Below are positions 34,426 through 47,583 of a stretch of 64,000 bases of DNA, in pieces. Under the pieces are notes generated by a model. That model saw nothing but the letters and a program-made list of their open reading frames with translations. It was not told where the DNA came from and did not search any database. The stretch is from NCBI GenBank assembly GCA_905178155.1, contig CAJINV010000007.1, positions 4,110,265-4,174,264 of the forward strand, given 5' to 3'. This stretch comes from Amoebophrya sp. A120. Its lineage: Eukaryota; Protista; Dinoflagellata. Each line of letters opens with the position of its first letter. Within the stretch, counting starts at the first letter, position 1. A program made the translations under genes and the position numbers.

Positions 34426-35401
34426 ATGGCTGCTCCCCCGTCGGGCGGCGCAGCAGGAGGTGAGGGTCAACCAGTCGACCCAACCGACCCCGACGCCCCC
34501 AAGGTCCTGGACGAAACCCACCAGCACATTGACGATGCCACCCGGCACATGAAGCAAAAGCTCGCGATCGTGATGCAGGGCGGAAAAGAGGAAGACGAGC
34601 AACACGAAGACGACCACCCAACGGACAGCGCGCGCTCTGGCTCGGATGTCGAGGCGAACAGAACGGCGAAGAAGCCGCTGCTCGGGAGTTTTGAGGACCG
34701 GCACGGAATCGACAACGGGGACGAGGATGACAGCGATGATGAAGACAACGACGCAGCTCACGACCGGGATTACCACACGCTGCTGCAGTTAGCGCAATCA
34801 CAACTAGCCGCAGAGGTGGTGTTGAGCGGTATAATCTTTATGTTGAATGTTGAGCTTGAGCTTTTTTTGCAAACCTGCATGCCAGATGCGCGTGACGAAA
34901 CAGCATATGCTTTATTCGACGAAAAAAACAAAAATAATTTATCAAATTTATGTACTTACTGTACTATCAGCCGAATCTGCAGCCTCCCCTTCGCAAGACG
35001 ACGAACCTGAGCTCCCAACCTCGCCAAGCTCTCCCTCTCCGTCAGCTGCAGCTCCAAAAGCATCAGCCAGTGGGGCTGCGAAGCAGGCGGGCTCACAAAG
35101 TGCGGCGAAGAGAACAAAATCGAAGAGGCCTGAGTACGAACAGGCGATGGAAAGGGTTGACTCGCTGAAGCAGCTCGCGGGCGCGAGCCCGCAAATAGCG
35201 AACATCCTCGGGGCGGAGGGAGCGCAACAGCCCATGAGCAAAGTGGAAGCCATGGCCGTGGCGGCACGAATGAAAAAGCGACTTGCGGCCGAATGTGAAA
35301 GCACGATGGATTCCGCGGAGGGGTTGTCGTTGGCAGAGAAGATGGCACTGCAGAATCGGATTTTCAGGTTGCGGAATGATTACGATCTGGCGGGGAGCTG
35401 A
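34426..35401 (+). CDS. Hypothetical protein, tandem paralog 1; GT-AG intron 34829-34970
   Basis: Shares QHIDDA..H...KLAI.MQ, L.S(F/Y)EDR, DAA.DRDYH.LL and EK...QN.I(F/W)RLRN.YDL with the next gene. Confidence 0.8.
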
Positions 35402-36172
35402 GCAGCGGCTTCGTCGGGTGCGCCGAATCTTTTGAGTTTGACATAGTGCGTTGTATTATGTGGCTAGTACTAGCTGCGAGATCGAGATGAATTTCTTGGT
35501 TTTACTTGTTACAACAACGCTCGCTCGTTTGTTTTTGCAGAGTAGGGTGGAAAAGGAGTGCGCAATCGTGTACAATTTTTGGCTTCGCGTTGAAGAAGCG
35601 ATGTAAAATTTTTGTGATTTGACTAGTGTCAATGAATTAAATGGGATCTTCTGCGAAGGCTGCAACGACCCACCGTAGAGATGGAGAAAACTTGTCCGAC
35701 GACGGTGGTGCAAGAGGGCTTTGTTAGGACACTCGGCGTTCTTAACCAAGTCGAAGCTAACCTCATCAGATATGCCACAGCACCAGCTGAACGAATGAGT
35801 CTTGAGCAGCTGCTCTTCTTTATCGTTTCCGCATTTGCAGTGCGTGAAAGGGAATAGTACGATCAACGTCCTCGGTGTCCTCGTATCGATAAACGGTATT
35901 GGGGTCGCCCGCGGGGGAACTACTACCAGCTACATTCATAGTATCTCCAGTAATCTCGCATCGTGATTCATTTCGTGCTGATACACACTCACATCGTGCC
36001 CGTTCGGTGTCGTTTATGTTTTTTAATCGCCTCTTCGTGTCGTCGTTGCATTGCTTAAGAGGCCTCTGTCTCCTTTATCAGAAATTTTCATTTTCGCGAA
36101 GCGTCATTCTCATTTAGAATCAGGATCGAGATCAAGATGTAGTTTTGTATTCTCTGCACTTGATTAACCATC

Positions 36173-37303
36173 ATGCCTGAGTCAGACAACTCCCCGCCAC
36201 AAGGCGGCGTTGAAAGCTCTGACACGACCGTGCTGGCCGAGCACGGAAAGCATCTCCATGGTGAGCCCACCGTGGCAAACACAAACGTCGAAGTAGAGAA
36301 TGTCGCAGATAACACTTCCGGAGCCCAGGCCCAGCACATTGAAGACGCGAAGCGGCACGCCAGAGAGAAACTTGCCATCATCATGCAGAAGCCACAAGAC
36401 TACGACGAAGACGCCGAGTTACAGTCCTCCTCGACTTCGAGTGAGGAAGAAGCTGCACCAGGAACTGCTGGTCATCATTTTCGCCACCATCACCACAACC
36501 GGCCGGCTCTCGCGAGTTACGAAGACCGATACACAGTGGGAAACGGAGACTTTCTGGACAGCAGCGACGAAGACATCGATGCTGCTTACGACCGCGACTA
36601 CCATGAGCTCTTGGCGAAAGCGCGGGCCGAGCTCTCCGCGGCGGAGATGGGTACTATGGTTTTGTACTTTTTTTTTATTTGCAGCAACTTCTCCGGGATT
36701 TTGATTTGCCACCTTGCTTGGAGTTCCTAAACCGGTTTTGGCGTGAACCTGAACAATTTTCAAACTCACACCCCGCGTGGTCCCAATTATCATACGCGCA
36801 AAGCACACACAGAACTCGCTGCGGAGCGGACGCAAGTTGATGAAGATGGCAATCCGGTGCAAGATCCAGCTTCTCCGTTCTCCGCTGCGGGGTCTCCCGC
36901 TACCTCACCTACAGCGAGGTCTGCTGGAGCTGCGGATAAATCGCAAAAGCTCACACGGGCGAAAACGATGAAGGTGCAGGGAAAAGAGCAGCAGGGAACG
37001 AAGAAACCGAAATTATCCTCGTATGAGAAGGTGATGGAAAAGGTTGCTACGCTGAAAGACCTCGGCTCGCCCAACGGCGGAAATCGGAAGTTCATGAACC
37101 TACTGCGCACCGACGGCGCCGATGCACCGCTGAGTGCGCCGGAGGCGATGAAGATTGCAACCAGGGTGAAGAAGCAGTTAGCTACGGAGTTTCAAGCGAA
37201 CATGGATCTCGGCGATGGCCAAACCATGTCGCTGCAAGAAAAGATCAAGATGCAGAATCAGATCTGGCGGCTCAGAAATGAGTACGACTTGAAAAGTAAC
37301 TAG
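36173..37303 (+). CDS. Hypothetical protein, tandem paralog 2; GT-AG intron 36651-36812
   Basis: Same motifs as 34426-35401, with a phase-1 intron at nearly the same position. Confidence 0.8.
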
Positions 37304-38239
37304 AGACTTGATGTGCAGACACGATATTTGTTTTGCTTACTCAAGCAATATATAGAAGTGACTTCTCCAATTTTCTGTCGAAAAAAATGTATATGTAGCA
37401 TATTCTCCTATGCAATAGATGTAGAGTTGCAGCTGTCTGTAAGCATAAACTTAAACATTTACTTACCTATCTTCGTTGATGTTTTTTCTTTACCCTTGCC
37501 GGTGAAGTTCTTTCGCAAAAAATATACGACGAGTTTACTTGTTTCGAGTCTGTATGTGATTTTAGCACCACTGTACAAACTTGTTGTTGGATTGAAATTT
37601 TTCAAGGATGCTGTACAATTTTTGATTTATGTTGGTCGAACAAGTACAAGAGGAAGCGACAATTTGCAGCTGTCTCAAAAAAGGATAATCAAAGTACGGA
37701 ACGCAGAAGAAAATAAGTACTATTGTAGCGGCGCGCGGGCGCCTTGCAAGTTGTACTAGAAGGCACGTGAACAAAATGCGGATAATCTACATGATATGAC
37801 TCTGCCTCGTACAACAAGATCGGTCATAAAAACATCCTCACAGATCAGCAACACGAGACTCAGTCTACACCCTTTCGTGTGGTGATCTTCACTTGTTGTG
37901 TCGTCAGCCACGAAGGTGATGGAAGATGCGACTGGATCCAGTTTCCGGAGCGATGTTTAGTTTTATTTTGCTTTTAGCGAAATGCAGGAACTACAACTAG
38001 ATCTAAAACTGTAGTGCCACATAAAGAAATAGCGAAAGAGCTGCGCACCTGCGCACGGCTCGACTTTCTCTAACAGGCATCCGCTAGTACTTAACGTATC
38101 CTATTTGTACTACGCGTTTTGTTCTATGCATATACTATATGCTGAGTTCTTCAATCATGTTCATTCATATCCTCGCGACAACTTCACATAAATTTACAGT
38201 TCCTTCCTGATTTGGTTTCTTCGAACAAACCATCTCAAC

Positions 38240-41200
38240 ATGGGTGCAGCAGCTGGCAATGCGGATGGTTGGCCATCTCGTGGCATGCCTCGGGAACAGG
38301 CGCAAAAGGACCGAGGCCGTCTGGAGCCCACCAGCACAACCGACTTCGAAAAATCAACGACAGCATCAGATTTGTCTAATCTCTCGCCCACTCCACCTGC
38401 AATTGTAGTCGACGCTGGAAGTCAGGGTGAGGGTCAGCTGAAAAACGAAGAAGCGAATGTAAAACTACTAAGCGGAGATCATGACTGTAGTCCAGTAGAG
38501 GAGCCTGAGGCATTAGGTTTTTCAGAAACCGAAAGCACAACAGGAATAGATGTACCACGGAAGTCGAGACCGCGGACGTCGTTAACGTTATTTGATGACA
38601 CATCCGAGGACCGCAGGAGCGCGAGGACCGCGTTACATGAAAATTCTTCACGAGGACCAAGCTTTTCCTCGTCCAGACAGTACACCGAGATCCGCTGCTT
38701 CACCTTCACCTCGAAAAACCTGTACAACCTGAATTGCGGGTCTATCGAGCTGATCGACCGAGACGCGAGAATTTGTGGCTTTCAAGAACTGGACGAAAAA
38801 TTCCGCGAGTTCCTCAAAACCGATTGCTTTCTTCTCCGGCGGAACTGCGTGAACCTGAAGAAAGTCTTTCTCCGGTTGTTTCACAGAAGCCGGCACGTGG
38901 AACGGGAATTGCAGTGTCTGGCAACGTATCCTGTGCAAAAGTATCGTACTCGTATGAATTGCAGGTATGCATGACAACTCTGGTTTCCTACCCAAATCTG
39001 CATTACAAATTCCATTTTTTATTTTTTTCCTAATAAAATTTGTCATGCGATTTGTACTAGTACGATACTTTTGCAATGCATACAACGTTTTTCTTCTCCG
39101 ACGTGGAACTGGTGACGAGCAGGAGGCTTATATCTTCGCAGCTAGAACAACCTGCTGGTGTAGTTCTGGTAGCCGCGGCCGCGCCGAAACTACACGACCG
39201 AGAAGAAGGTGGTCAACATAAGGTTTCTAGTACTGCAAGTGAAACAACTTCTGAAGCAGGTGCTCAAGATGTTGAGCACGAGGACAAGAAAAACTGCTCG
39301 CCCGAAGAAGAAGAAGATGAAGAACAGGCACTGATCTGGGAGCATTCGCATCGGTACAGAGAGATCGCGGAGGGGTTTCAGTCCGCGAGGGGCGCCACGC
39401 GGGCACTCGCGGCGTTCCGGGAGCTGACCAAGGCGATTTGTTGCATTCACAGGAGTCCGACGCTGGAAGCCGCGGGGGAGGAAGTGGCAAAAGAGAAAGA
39501 CGAGGAGGATGAACATTTAGCAGTCTATTTTTGTGCTGGCCGCGCACTCAAAGACGAAAACCCTTGCACTGCGATTTTCGACAGCCTGCGGCACAGCTTG
39601 GACTCGATACGGTCGCAGATAGGAGTTGAGAACTATACAACAGAGCCACAAGAAAAGGAAAACCGAGACAACGAAATAAAGCGTGACGCCAGCGAGGTAG
39701 GTACATCAGCGCCACTTTATCTACGACAGGAGGAACGCGGCGCAATTATATCAGAGCGGCCGATGAAAGTAGAAGAAGCGATGGCAAGTGGTGTATCTTC
39801 ACTAGAAGCCCAACCGATTCTGAAGGAACTCGCGCACACTAGAAGAGCTCTGGTAACGGTTTCCGATGGTGGGAGAAATGTTGACTTGCAGAGAGCGGAG
39901 CATGAACAACAGACGTATTCTATCCCTTTCGATGAAAACTTTTTCTGCTGGGATTTGGACTTAAACGAGACCGGCTTCTGTGGAGATCCTGAAGGGCAGC
40001 TACGTGGGACAGATTTTCGGAATCGGCATGAGCTCTTCACCCATCACGGCCAGCAACATCCGTTACAAGCACTCAACCTTCTCCCACAAACCGCCTCGTC
40101 TGAAGTCCTTTTCGAACTAACCATGCTGCAAAAGAGCTTGGTCGCGCGCGGCGCTTACAAGGCGTGGCGAATACGAACGTATCTTCTAGAAGCGTGCCTG
40201 ACGTTACTGCTATTGCGGGACAAAAGCAGAGAGTTGCTGCGCGTTTTGGAGAAGGAGCTTCAGGCCATTCGTATGCAGGAGGAGCGGCTGCTGTTATCCA
40301 AGTCCGACGGACATAATTCTAACGAAAAAATCGACTATCGGCGGCACCACCTGCTCAATCGCTATCGATGTTGGCTCACTGGGTTTTGTGTCGCGTTCGA
40401 GTCTTTGACGAAGAAAGTGTTGGAGGTTGCAGTAGCAAAGAAACGGATTTACAGCGGTGGCGACGAGGGAGATGGCAGCAACAGTTTGTTTTACAGCAAT
40501 ACTGGCCAGACGAGTCATTTCTCGCCTTCGAACGCCATTGCGTCTCGTCGTGCAAGAGCAGCAGCGTCATGTCATCCAAACGGGGACGAGGCTCTTGACA
40601 TATCTTCCTTCCTCCTCAGTAAAGCCCGTTTGGTCGCGAAGCGCAAGCCTGAGATGCTCGCCGTGGGGAAGCAATCGCGTTGCAACGCGCACGGAGTACA
40701 GGCGACAAAGACTGTCTGCGTGGAGCACAATCACACAAAGGTGAGCCGCAACCAGTGTCACCAGTGCGAAACACCATTGCCGGACTTCCTTCTGACGAAG
40801 CAGCTGATATGTGTGTGGTGCGAAGACCAGATACGGAGGGAGTACGAGGATTGCCCCTTCTGCTTCGTGCAGCAGAAGATACGCGCTCGGAAGGAGGAAA
40901 TAGCGGCAACATCAAACAGAAAAAGAAGGAGCAGCAAAACTTCATCTGAACTGCCAAGCCCAGCAAGGGAACAAGTGGGGGCGGATTCTGCTTCAATCCA
41001 GCACACCAAAGAGGCGAAACATCGTCAGCAGTTCCTGTACTGCGTTCATCAGCAGAAGTGTTGCAAATGCGACTTAGATTTTACCTTCTGCGCACAGTGC
41101 GGACTCGGGCGAGGGGATGGTGATGACGTGCGAAATTTGGTGGAAAAATTATCCGATTGCAAAGCCGCCACGGTGTGCTCTTCAGCAACAGAAACGGATG

Positions 41201-41901
41201 GTGCTTGTTACCTCGTCGAGAAAAGAAAAACCAGAGATTGCGACTTCAGCACTCTATTTTTCGACTTCGACCGGACCGTGGCAAGTACGAAGTGTGGACA
41301 GAACCCTCTGCCACCCCAGAGAAGAACCGACGAGGAGAACAAGCAAGAATACATTGTCGACTCTGTCTTGCGCGAGGTCGCAGCAAGCTTTCTTCAGGTA
41401 GCAGGTGGCGCGCAGGAAAGTCCGGCGCTAGTAGAGCCAGGACCTATAGCCGAGCATGGCGGTGATTCCACAAGCAAGAAGACCAGTATTGGCAGTGGAA
41501 CACGAAGACGCGTCGTCATCCTGACCCGGAACAGCCACAAGCAGGAGATAGAGGAATTTTTGCGGCTGAAGGAGTTTCCGTTTTCCGAGGTGTGCGTGGT
41601 TCCGAAGACGATTTCGAAGTTTGCGGTGATGAAGGACAAACACGGTTACAGTTGGTCTGTCGATAATTTGCCTGTGCTTCCTGGTGATGACGAGTATGGA
41701 GGACGGGTACTTGCGCCAGCTGCAACCAATAGCAGCGAGAAAAATGACGCCGATGGTGAGGCCCAGGCATTCGCATTGTTGCCGGAAGCCGGATCTCCAA
41801 GTTCCGCAGCAAGCTGCTTCACTAGCCTTTTGGTAGATGATAGCGCAGCAGAGCTGCTTTTTTCCGACCCAGCAATTGCGCGGGTTTTGTTTGCGAGATG
41901 A
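38240..41901 (+). CDS. Large protein with a Cys-rich (zinc-finger-like) region and a C-terminal HAD-like domain; one introner
   Basis: ORFs 38240 and 39076 join when 38927-39087 is removed; CxxC clusters; FFDFDRTV (DxDxT), VVILTRN and LLVDDS match HAD motifs I, II and IV. Confidence 0.7.
38927..39082. mobile_element. Introner family E
   Basis: TATCCTGTGCAAAAGTATCGTACT...AGTACGATACTTTTGCAATGCATA; TSD CAACG. Confidence 0.9.
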
Positions 41902-44525
41902 AATCTGAAAGAAACTGGCGCTGCGCGTGATTTTGTGGACGTACGAACGAAGAACGCAACAGGAAGATGTGAAGACAGACTTCTTTGATTCGAACATATA
42001 AAGGGACGGCCCCAGCATTCCGCGCTCCTGATGTCTTGTAATTGATAGTTGAAGTCGACGCTCTTGTGTTCATCTCGATGCGTCAAGTTTTGTTTTCTTA
42101 TTTTCCGGGACGCCTGGTCTTGCTCTTGCGTGAAAGTGGAAGTGCTCAATCATGTGGGGAGCTTTTCGATCGTCAAGAGTATCGCCATGCTTCGGATTGT
42201 TGTGGTGGGGGTGGGGGGCGATAAGGCCGCGCGCATTATGCCGCGGGGCCGACAACTTCCCGCCTTCAGCATTGCGCCGGGAGATTTCGGGGGTGGCGGA
42301 GAGGAGTGGCGCAACGTGTGCCCCGGCTGTTTTGTGAAGTTCGCCATCGCCGCCAAAGCCCCAGCAATGTTTCGGAGATGGCGGGGGAGCCAGGCCGCAG
42401 CCTCTCCGCCTTCCCCGAGGCTGAGTGCCCAGGCCCATTGGCCGCGGGCTTTTGCAGCTTGCTGCGCCGGGGGGGCAGGCGCGCGGGAATCCGAAGGAAA
42501 GGGGGGGGCAGCGGCCGCAAGCACCATGCTGGCCAAGGGAGCGCGATGGCGCAGGAAATCGGGCGCCATGCCCGGGGGTCAGCCGTCGGCGCCGTATGCC
42601 GGCCCTTGCCGGCGCTTTGCCCGGGCCCCGGCCCGGCGCGGGCAGCTAGTTCAGTCCAGTACTAGCGCGAAAGATTAGCGCCGTGCGATTCCTGCGGCCG
42701 AGCCGGCCGAGGGGCGAGGTTGTAGCGCGCCTGCAGCAGTCAAGCACGAGGCGGGGGCGGCCCGCGTCGTCCACGTGTCTGGCCGAGCCATGGCGCCCGC
42801 ATTTTTGCGATGGCGCAGGGAACGGGGGCGCCGGGTTTCCCCCGGCTGCAAATCTTCCGCCGGCGGGCAGCTCCTGCACGGAGTTCCAGGGTTTCGCTTT
42901 CTGCTGCCCCAGGAAGCGAGCCGGAGATGGACGAGCCAACGCCTGAGGAATAGGGAACTTCGCGAAAGATCTTCACTCCGCCGAAGCTCGTCGAGCCGCA
43001 CGCGGACCCCCGCCGCCGCGTCAACAAGGAGGGGCTTTGGAATAGCCGACGAGGGCGGTCAGCATCCCAACTCCTGGCCCGAGAAGGGGGGAATTGCGAA
43101 AGCGTGCACCCAGGGCCGCGGGGAGTTCGTGCGCAGCTTCGCTATCTATTCGACCCAGGGGGCGCACAAGGTGCGTCGATTTTTTGCGCAGTTTTGTAAT
43201 TCGCCTGCTCGCGGCGCCCCCGCGTTGCTTACAGAAGTGCCCTGGGGTTGTTAGGTGTCGGGCACTTCCGCGGCCGGGCTGCTTAGTTTGGTTGCAGGGT
43301 CGGGGCGTGCGCGCCGACTTCGACGGGAGGGGCCGGCCGGGGTTTTACACGCGCAACGCTACGCGCTCCAGCGCGATGACGCGGGCAAATCCCGAGTATG
43401 GCCCGGACCCGGGGGCCTTCGCGCGGTGGCGCTAGCTTGTCGGCCGGCGCGCGGCGGCGGGGGCGCCCGGCCAGGCGGTCTTTGGCTTGTGTTGCTTTGT
43501 TCTTTCGCCCCCCGTTCGGAACCGGGCGCCGGGGGCCTTGCTCGGGGGCGGGCCGGCCTGTCGCCGCTCGCCCCCCCCCAGGATGCGTATCTCCTGAGTG
43601 GCGTATCAGCAGGGCCGCCGGCTCCGGGGCCGCGCCCGCGGAGGAGCAGAAGAGAAGACGCAGGATGGAGAGCGCAAGCCGGCGGCGCCGCCTGCTATCT
43701 ACCTGCCCCCCGGGGGAGGGGGGCGGGAGTTGCCCGGGCCGCTCGCTGATTTTGTCTGTGTGTTGGTTGTGTGTGTCCGCGGCCGGCGCGCGCGCGGCCA
43801 GCCGCCTGGCACCAAGCGCCGGCGCCGACGCTTCCTTGCTTGGCGCGCGCCAGCGGGCTTTGCTATTTTTCGCCGCTATGCATACAAGCGTGGTTGTCTA
43901 TCATTGGCCTTCGCCCAAGACGCAGCGTAGCCTTGCTTTGCTGGTTTGCTCCACCACAGGGAGCACTGTTGTTCCCAGAAGCCCGGCCGGCCCCCTGCTG
44001 CAACAACGAACCGCACCGGCGAAGGCCGGGCTGCATCTTACTTCTTGATGAAACAGATGCGACGCGCCACCGTGTGTGTGTGTGGGCTGATACAACACAT
44101 CGCATAGAGCTTGGCTTGGTGTTGTTTGAGCTTGAAGCGAGACAGGTGCAAGCGGTTCTTGTTGTGATGTGGTTTGTGTCGTTCTTTTCTGCAGGTCCAT
44201 GAGCATTGGGTCGGGATTCGGATTCAGTCCGTGCTCTCAATGCCTGTTGGTTCAGATTAACAATCTATTCGTGTATCTGCATGCCTGTTGTTTTCCATGT
44301 GCGCGCCCAAGCACTGCCTGGCTACGCAGTCCGTCGTTGATCTTGATCTAAGTGGAAGCGTAGGTAAATATCATTATCACGTCGAAGTTGTGTGCTGTAG
44401 TGTGTGCCATGGGTGTGTTTGTAAGTGTATGCGGCAATCCAATTGGCCACGACTGCTATGGCGTATTGTCGAAGAAATCGGCCGTGTTTTAGTTTCGCAC
44501 TCCTGTCGTCAGCAACGAGCCAGAC

Positions 44526-46650
44526 ATGCTTCCCCCACGAACAAGCGGAGCGGCAAATCCGGCACCAGTCTCGGGACCAACCGAAGATGTTAGCACCGCC
44601 AAATCACAGCCAAACGTCGAGAAGGACAAAAATGCCACCACGAGTATCCTCTTTTCCCTTCTCACCTCACTCTACGACCTCCCACAAACGTCTTCCTTCC
44701 TTTCCTTGAAACGCGAAGCGGAGGAGCGGGGGAACCAGTTACAGCTGTACTTCACGAAGTCCGAAGCTCGGGACAAAACCGCGCGTTTAGTGCAGTACTT
44801 TTGCAAGGCGCTCACCGGATTCTGCACTTATTTCCTGAAAGAACGGCCGGAGAAGCTTACCGAGTTAGTCTCTTCGCTTCTCCTCCAGCGGTGGTTTTTG
44901 TTCCTTTTCTCGTCCCCGTCGTGGTCCGAGGTTTTTTCATCTTCTACCGCGAACGACAATTCTAGTACTGCCTCGATTACATCACTAACCGCTGAAAATG
45001 TCGCACTCTCATCTGCGCTCAAAGCCTCCTTCGAGCAGATCAATACGAAGGCGAAATCGGTGCAAACCGCGATGTCCGACGCGAGGCGGACGCACCGGTG
45101 GGCCAAGGAGTTCATTGTGTTGTCGAAGGTGAAGCAGATTCATCTGAACGCGCAGAAGGACTGGATCGAATTCGTGAATCTGATTTCGAAGATGCTGCTC
45201 GCGGTGTACCTGGTGAAGGATCATCACGTTTGGCTGTGTAAGGTGAAGCTGCTTTCCCACGACCCCAAACCGCTGATCCAGTACAACTTGCGGTACATGA
45301 TCGGCGGGAATGTATTTTCCGCCTTTTACCAGTGCTGCCTCACCCTGAGACACCACAAACAGTTGCGGAAGCTGGAGAAGGAGATGGCATTTTTGGAAAG
45401 GGATGCGATGTTCACGGAAAAACGAGTTCTGGACGAAATGCTTGGCGGGACAAATAAACCGGATATCATCTCCAGCGAGCGGCGTGCTAAGTCCAAGGAC
45501 TCCACGGCGCAAAGCGCCACCCCGGATGCCGGACTAAATAACACCAAGCTGTCGACTCCGAACACGAAAAAGATCACGGAACTAGACGTGATGCGGCTGG
45601 CGGACTACTCCGCGGAGCAAGCAAAGTTGGCGGCTTTCACCGGGAGGATCAGCGGAGGACAGCCGGTTCTTGGGGGGAAAGTAGTTGCGTCCTCTGCGAG
45701 TTCTTCGAAAAACAAACCACCGAGGAAAGGGAGCTTGGACCTGCCGCCAGCGCTCGAGAGGAGAAGGTTTGATGTGTGCTTTTCTTACCTGCTGCATCTG
45801 ATACATAGTGACCTCTGTTCTTCATGATGCAATTGCCTGCCCGGGAGGAGGAGCAGAGTCAGGATTTACCCCTACCTCTTGTCTTCTGCTTTCTGCTTCC
45901 GCCCTCGATTGGATTTTTTCTTCAAGAATGAAAAGTTCCACCACGACATCTATCACAGCATCAATCTATCGCAACAGGGGCTCCTCCCACACGGGCACGG
46001 GGGGTGGTGGCTACCGGACTGACAGCGAGGTCGGGTCCGCGCCCAACACGCCGCGCGACCAGCGCCAGCCGATTCCCCTCCTCAAGCGGTCCCCTTCGAT
46101 CGGAAGTCGCGGCCGCGCTAGCTCCATCATCTCCAGCTCCCGGGCGGGCAACAACCAGAGCAGCAAATCTAAACAAAAGCGGGAAGAACGGGAGTCGCTC
46201 GCAAGACTCCAGCTGCACCGCCGGTCCCTCGGGCTGTTGTCGAACGACAGCGCATCCGTGCCAAAGTTGAAGCCGGCGGATCTCGGTCCGTTCGCGTCCT
46301 CCGCCGCCGTAGTCGGCCAGGATGACGACCTGGACAACGCACCGTCGTCGGCCCAAGACGACAACCAAGACGAGCTTTTTGTCGAGGAAATCCGGTCGGC
46401 GCCCACGGAGGACGCGCGAAACGATCTGTTGACGATGGACAGACAAGAGGAGCTACGAAAGCAGATGCTGTTCCACCGCGTGAAAAGGCGCGACTCTTTT
46501 CTTCTCTTCTTAAAGTCTCTGTTGCTGATCGCGCAGGGACTGCACAATTCCGGCTTGCACACTGTGCACGATTTTCCGATCGGGCTGCTGGGCGTGGTCA
46601 GCAGCATGATCGACATGAGAAATCTCTGGCCACCGAGACAGGCGGTTTGA
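44526..46650 (+). CDS. PEX11: PEX11-family peroxisomal membrane protein with long insertions; one intron at ~45772-45958
   Basis: FTKSEARDKTARLVQYFCK, MSDARRTHRW and C-terminal IGLLGVVSSMIDMRNLWP resemble Pex11 conserved blocks (recognised by eye). Confidence 0.65.
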
Positions 46651-47583
46651 TGCAGTAAATGTATATTTTCCACCATCACGATAACTCTTTCATCGTGGCT
46701 AGCCGTTGATCGGTTGTTCTTTCCCGCATGCAGTGTCGCCCACGGGCCACGAACTTTCTTTCATGAAGTAAATAGTGAACAAATAAGTTTTCCGAGCTGC
46801 TTGTGCTACCGCCACGTCATACAAAAATGCATATAAGGACTCCACTTCCAATTTTGCTTTTGCCCGGTCGGAAATCGATGAATCGAAAACGCCGTGTTAC
46901 CTGTAGAGACGTCACTAAACAGATGTTCATAGCACGAGTTCCAAAACATGATACGAACAACTATTTAATGTCAGCAACCACGAGCTATGTCTTGGTACGT
47001 ATACTGTCTCCTGAGCAATGTCGGTTCGTGCAAATTGGAACCAGGTCGGTTCGGTATTGCTGGAAAATTGTCGCTCAACAAATGGCGTCGACTTTTTTCT
47101 TTTATGTCTATCAAGTCTGAACAAAAACGCTCGAATCTAAAAAACCGACGCTATCGTGTTTTCGTCCTTTTTGGCTTCCGTTCTCTCGTCCTTATCTTAT
47201 CGTTCAGTCGTGGAGGTTTATCTCGTTATGGTGTTGCTCCTGATTTTCCGTTTCTCGGGCATTTTCTTCTTCTCAAGTGTCAGTTACGCGATTTCTCCAT
47301 CGTACAGAGACCTACAGGAACCACAACCACGGTACCCAATTCCCCCCGAAAAATCTAGTGCCACCTACTCGATTTGTACGCGTTTGACCACGTACTTCTA
47401 CCTGATTACTTTCGCCTACCCTCAACACTAGTTGAAGCGAAAGAGTCCAGTTTTGTTCGTGCTCCAGCTGCGATCTTCTTTTCGTCGGCATCACCATCAG
47501 CAAGAACCTACCCAAACATAACACCTCGCCAACAATCCCCTTGGTTAAGAAAGACCTTTATCAACATCCGTCAACTCACCAAA

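Noticed and set aside
42042-44240. Many overlapping 100-200 aa ORFs on both strands
   Set aside because: Expected from stop-codon scarcity in GC-rich DNA; R/A/G/P-rich with no recognisable domain
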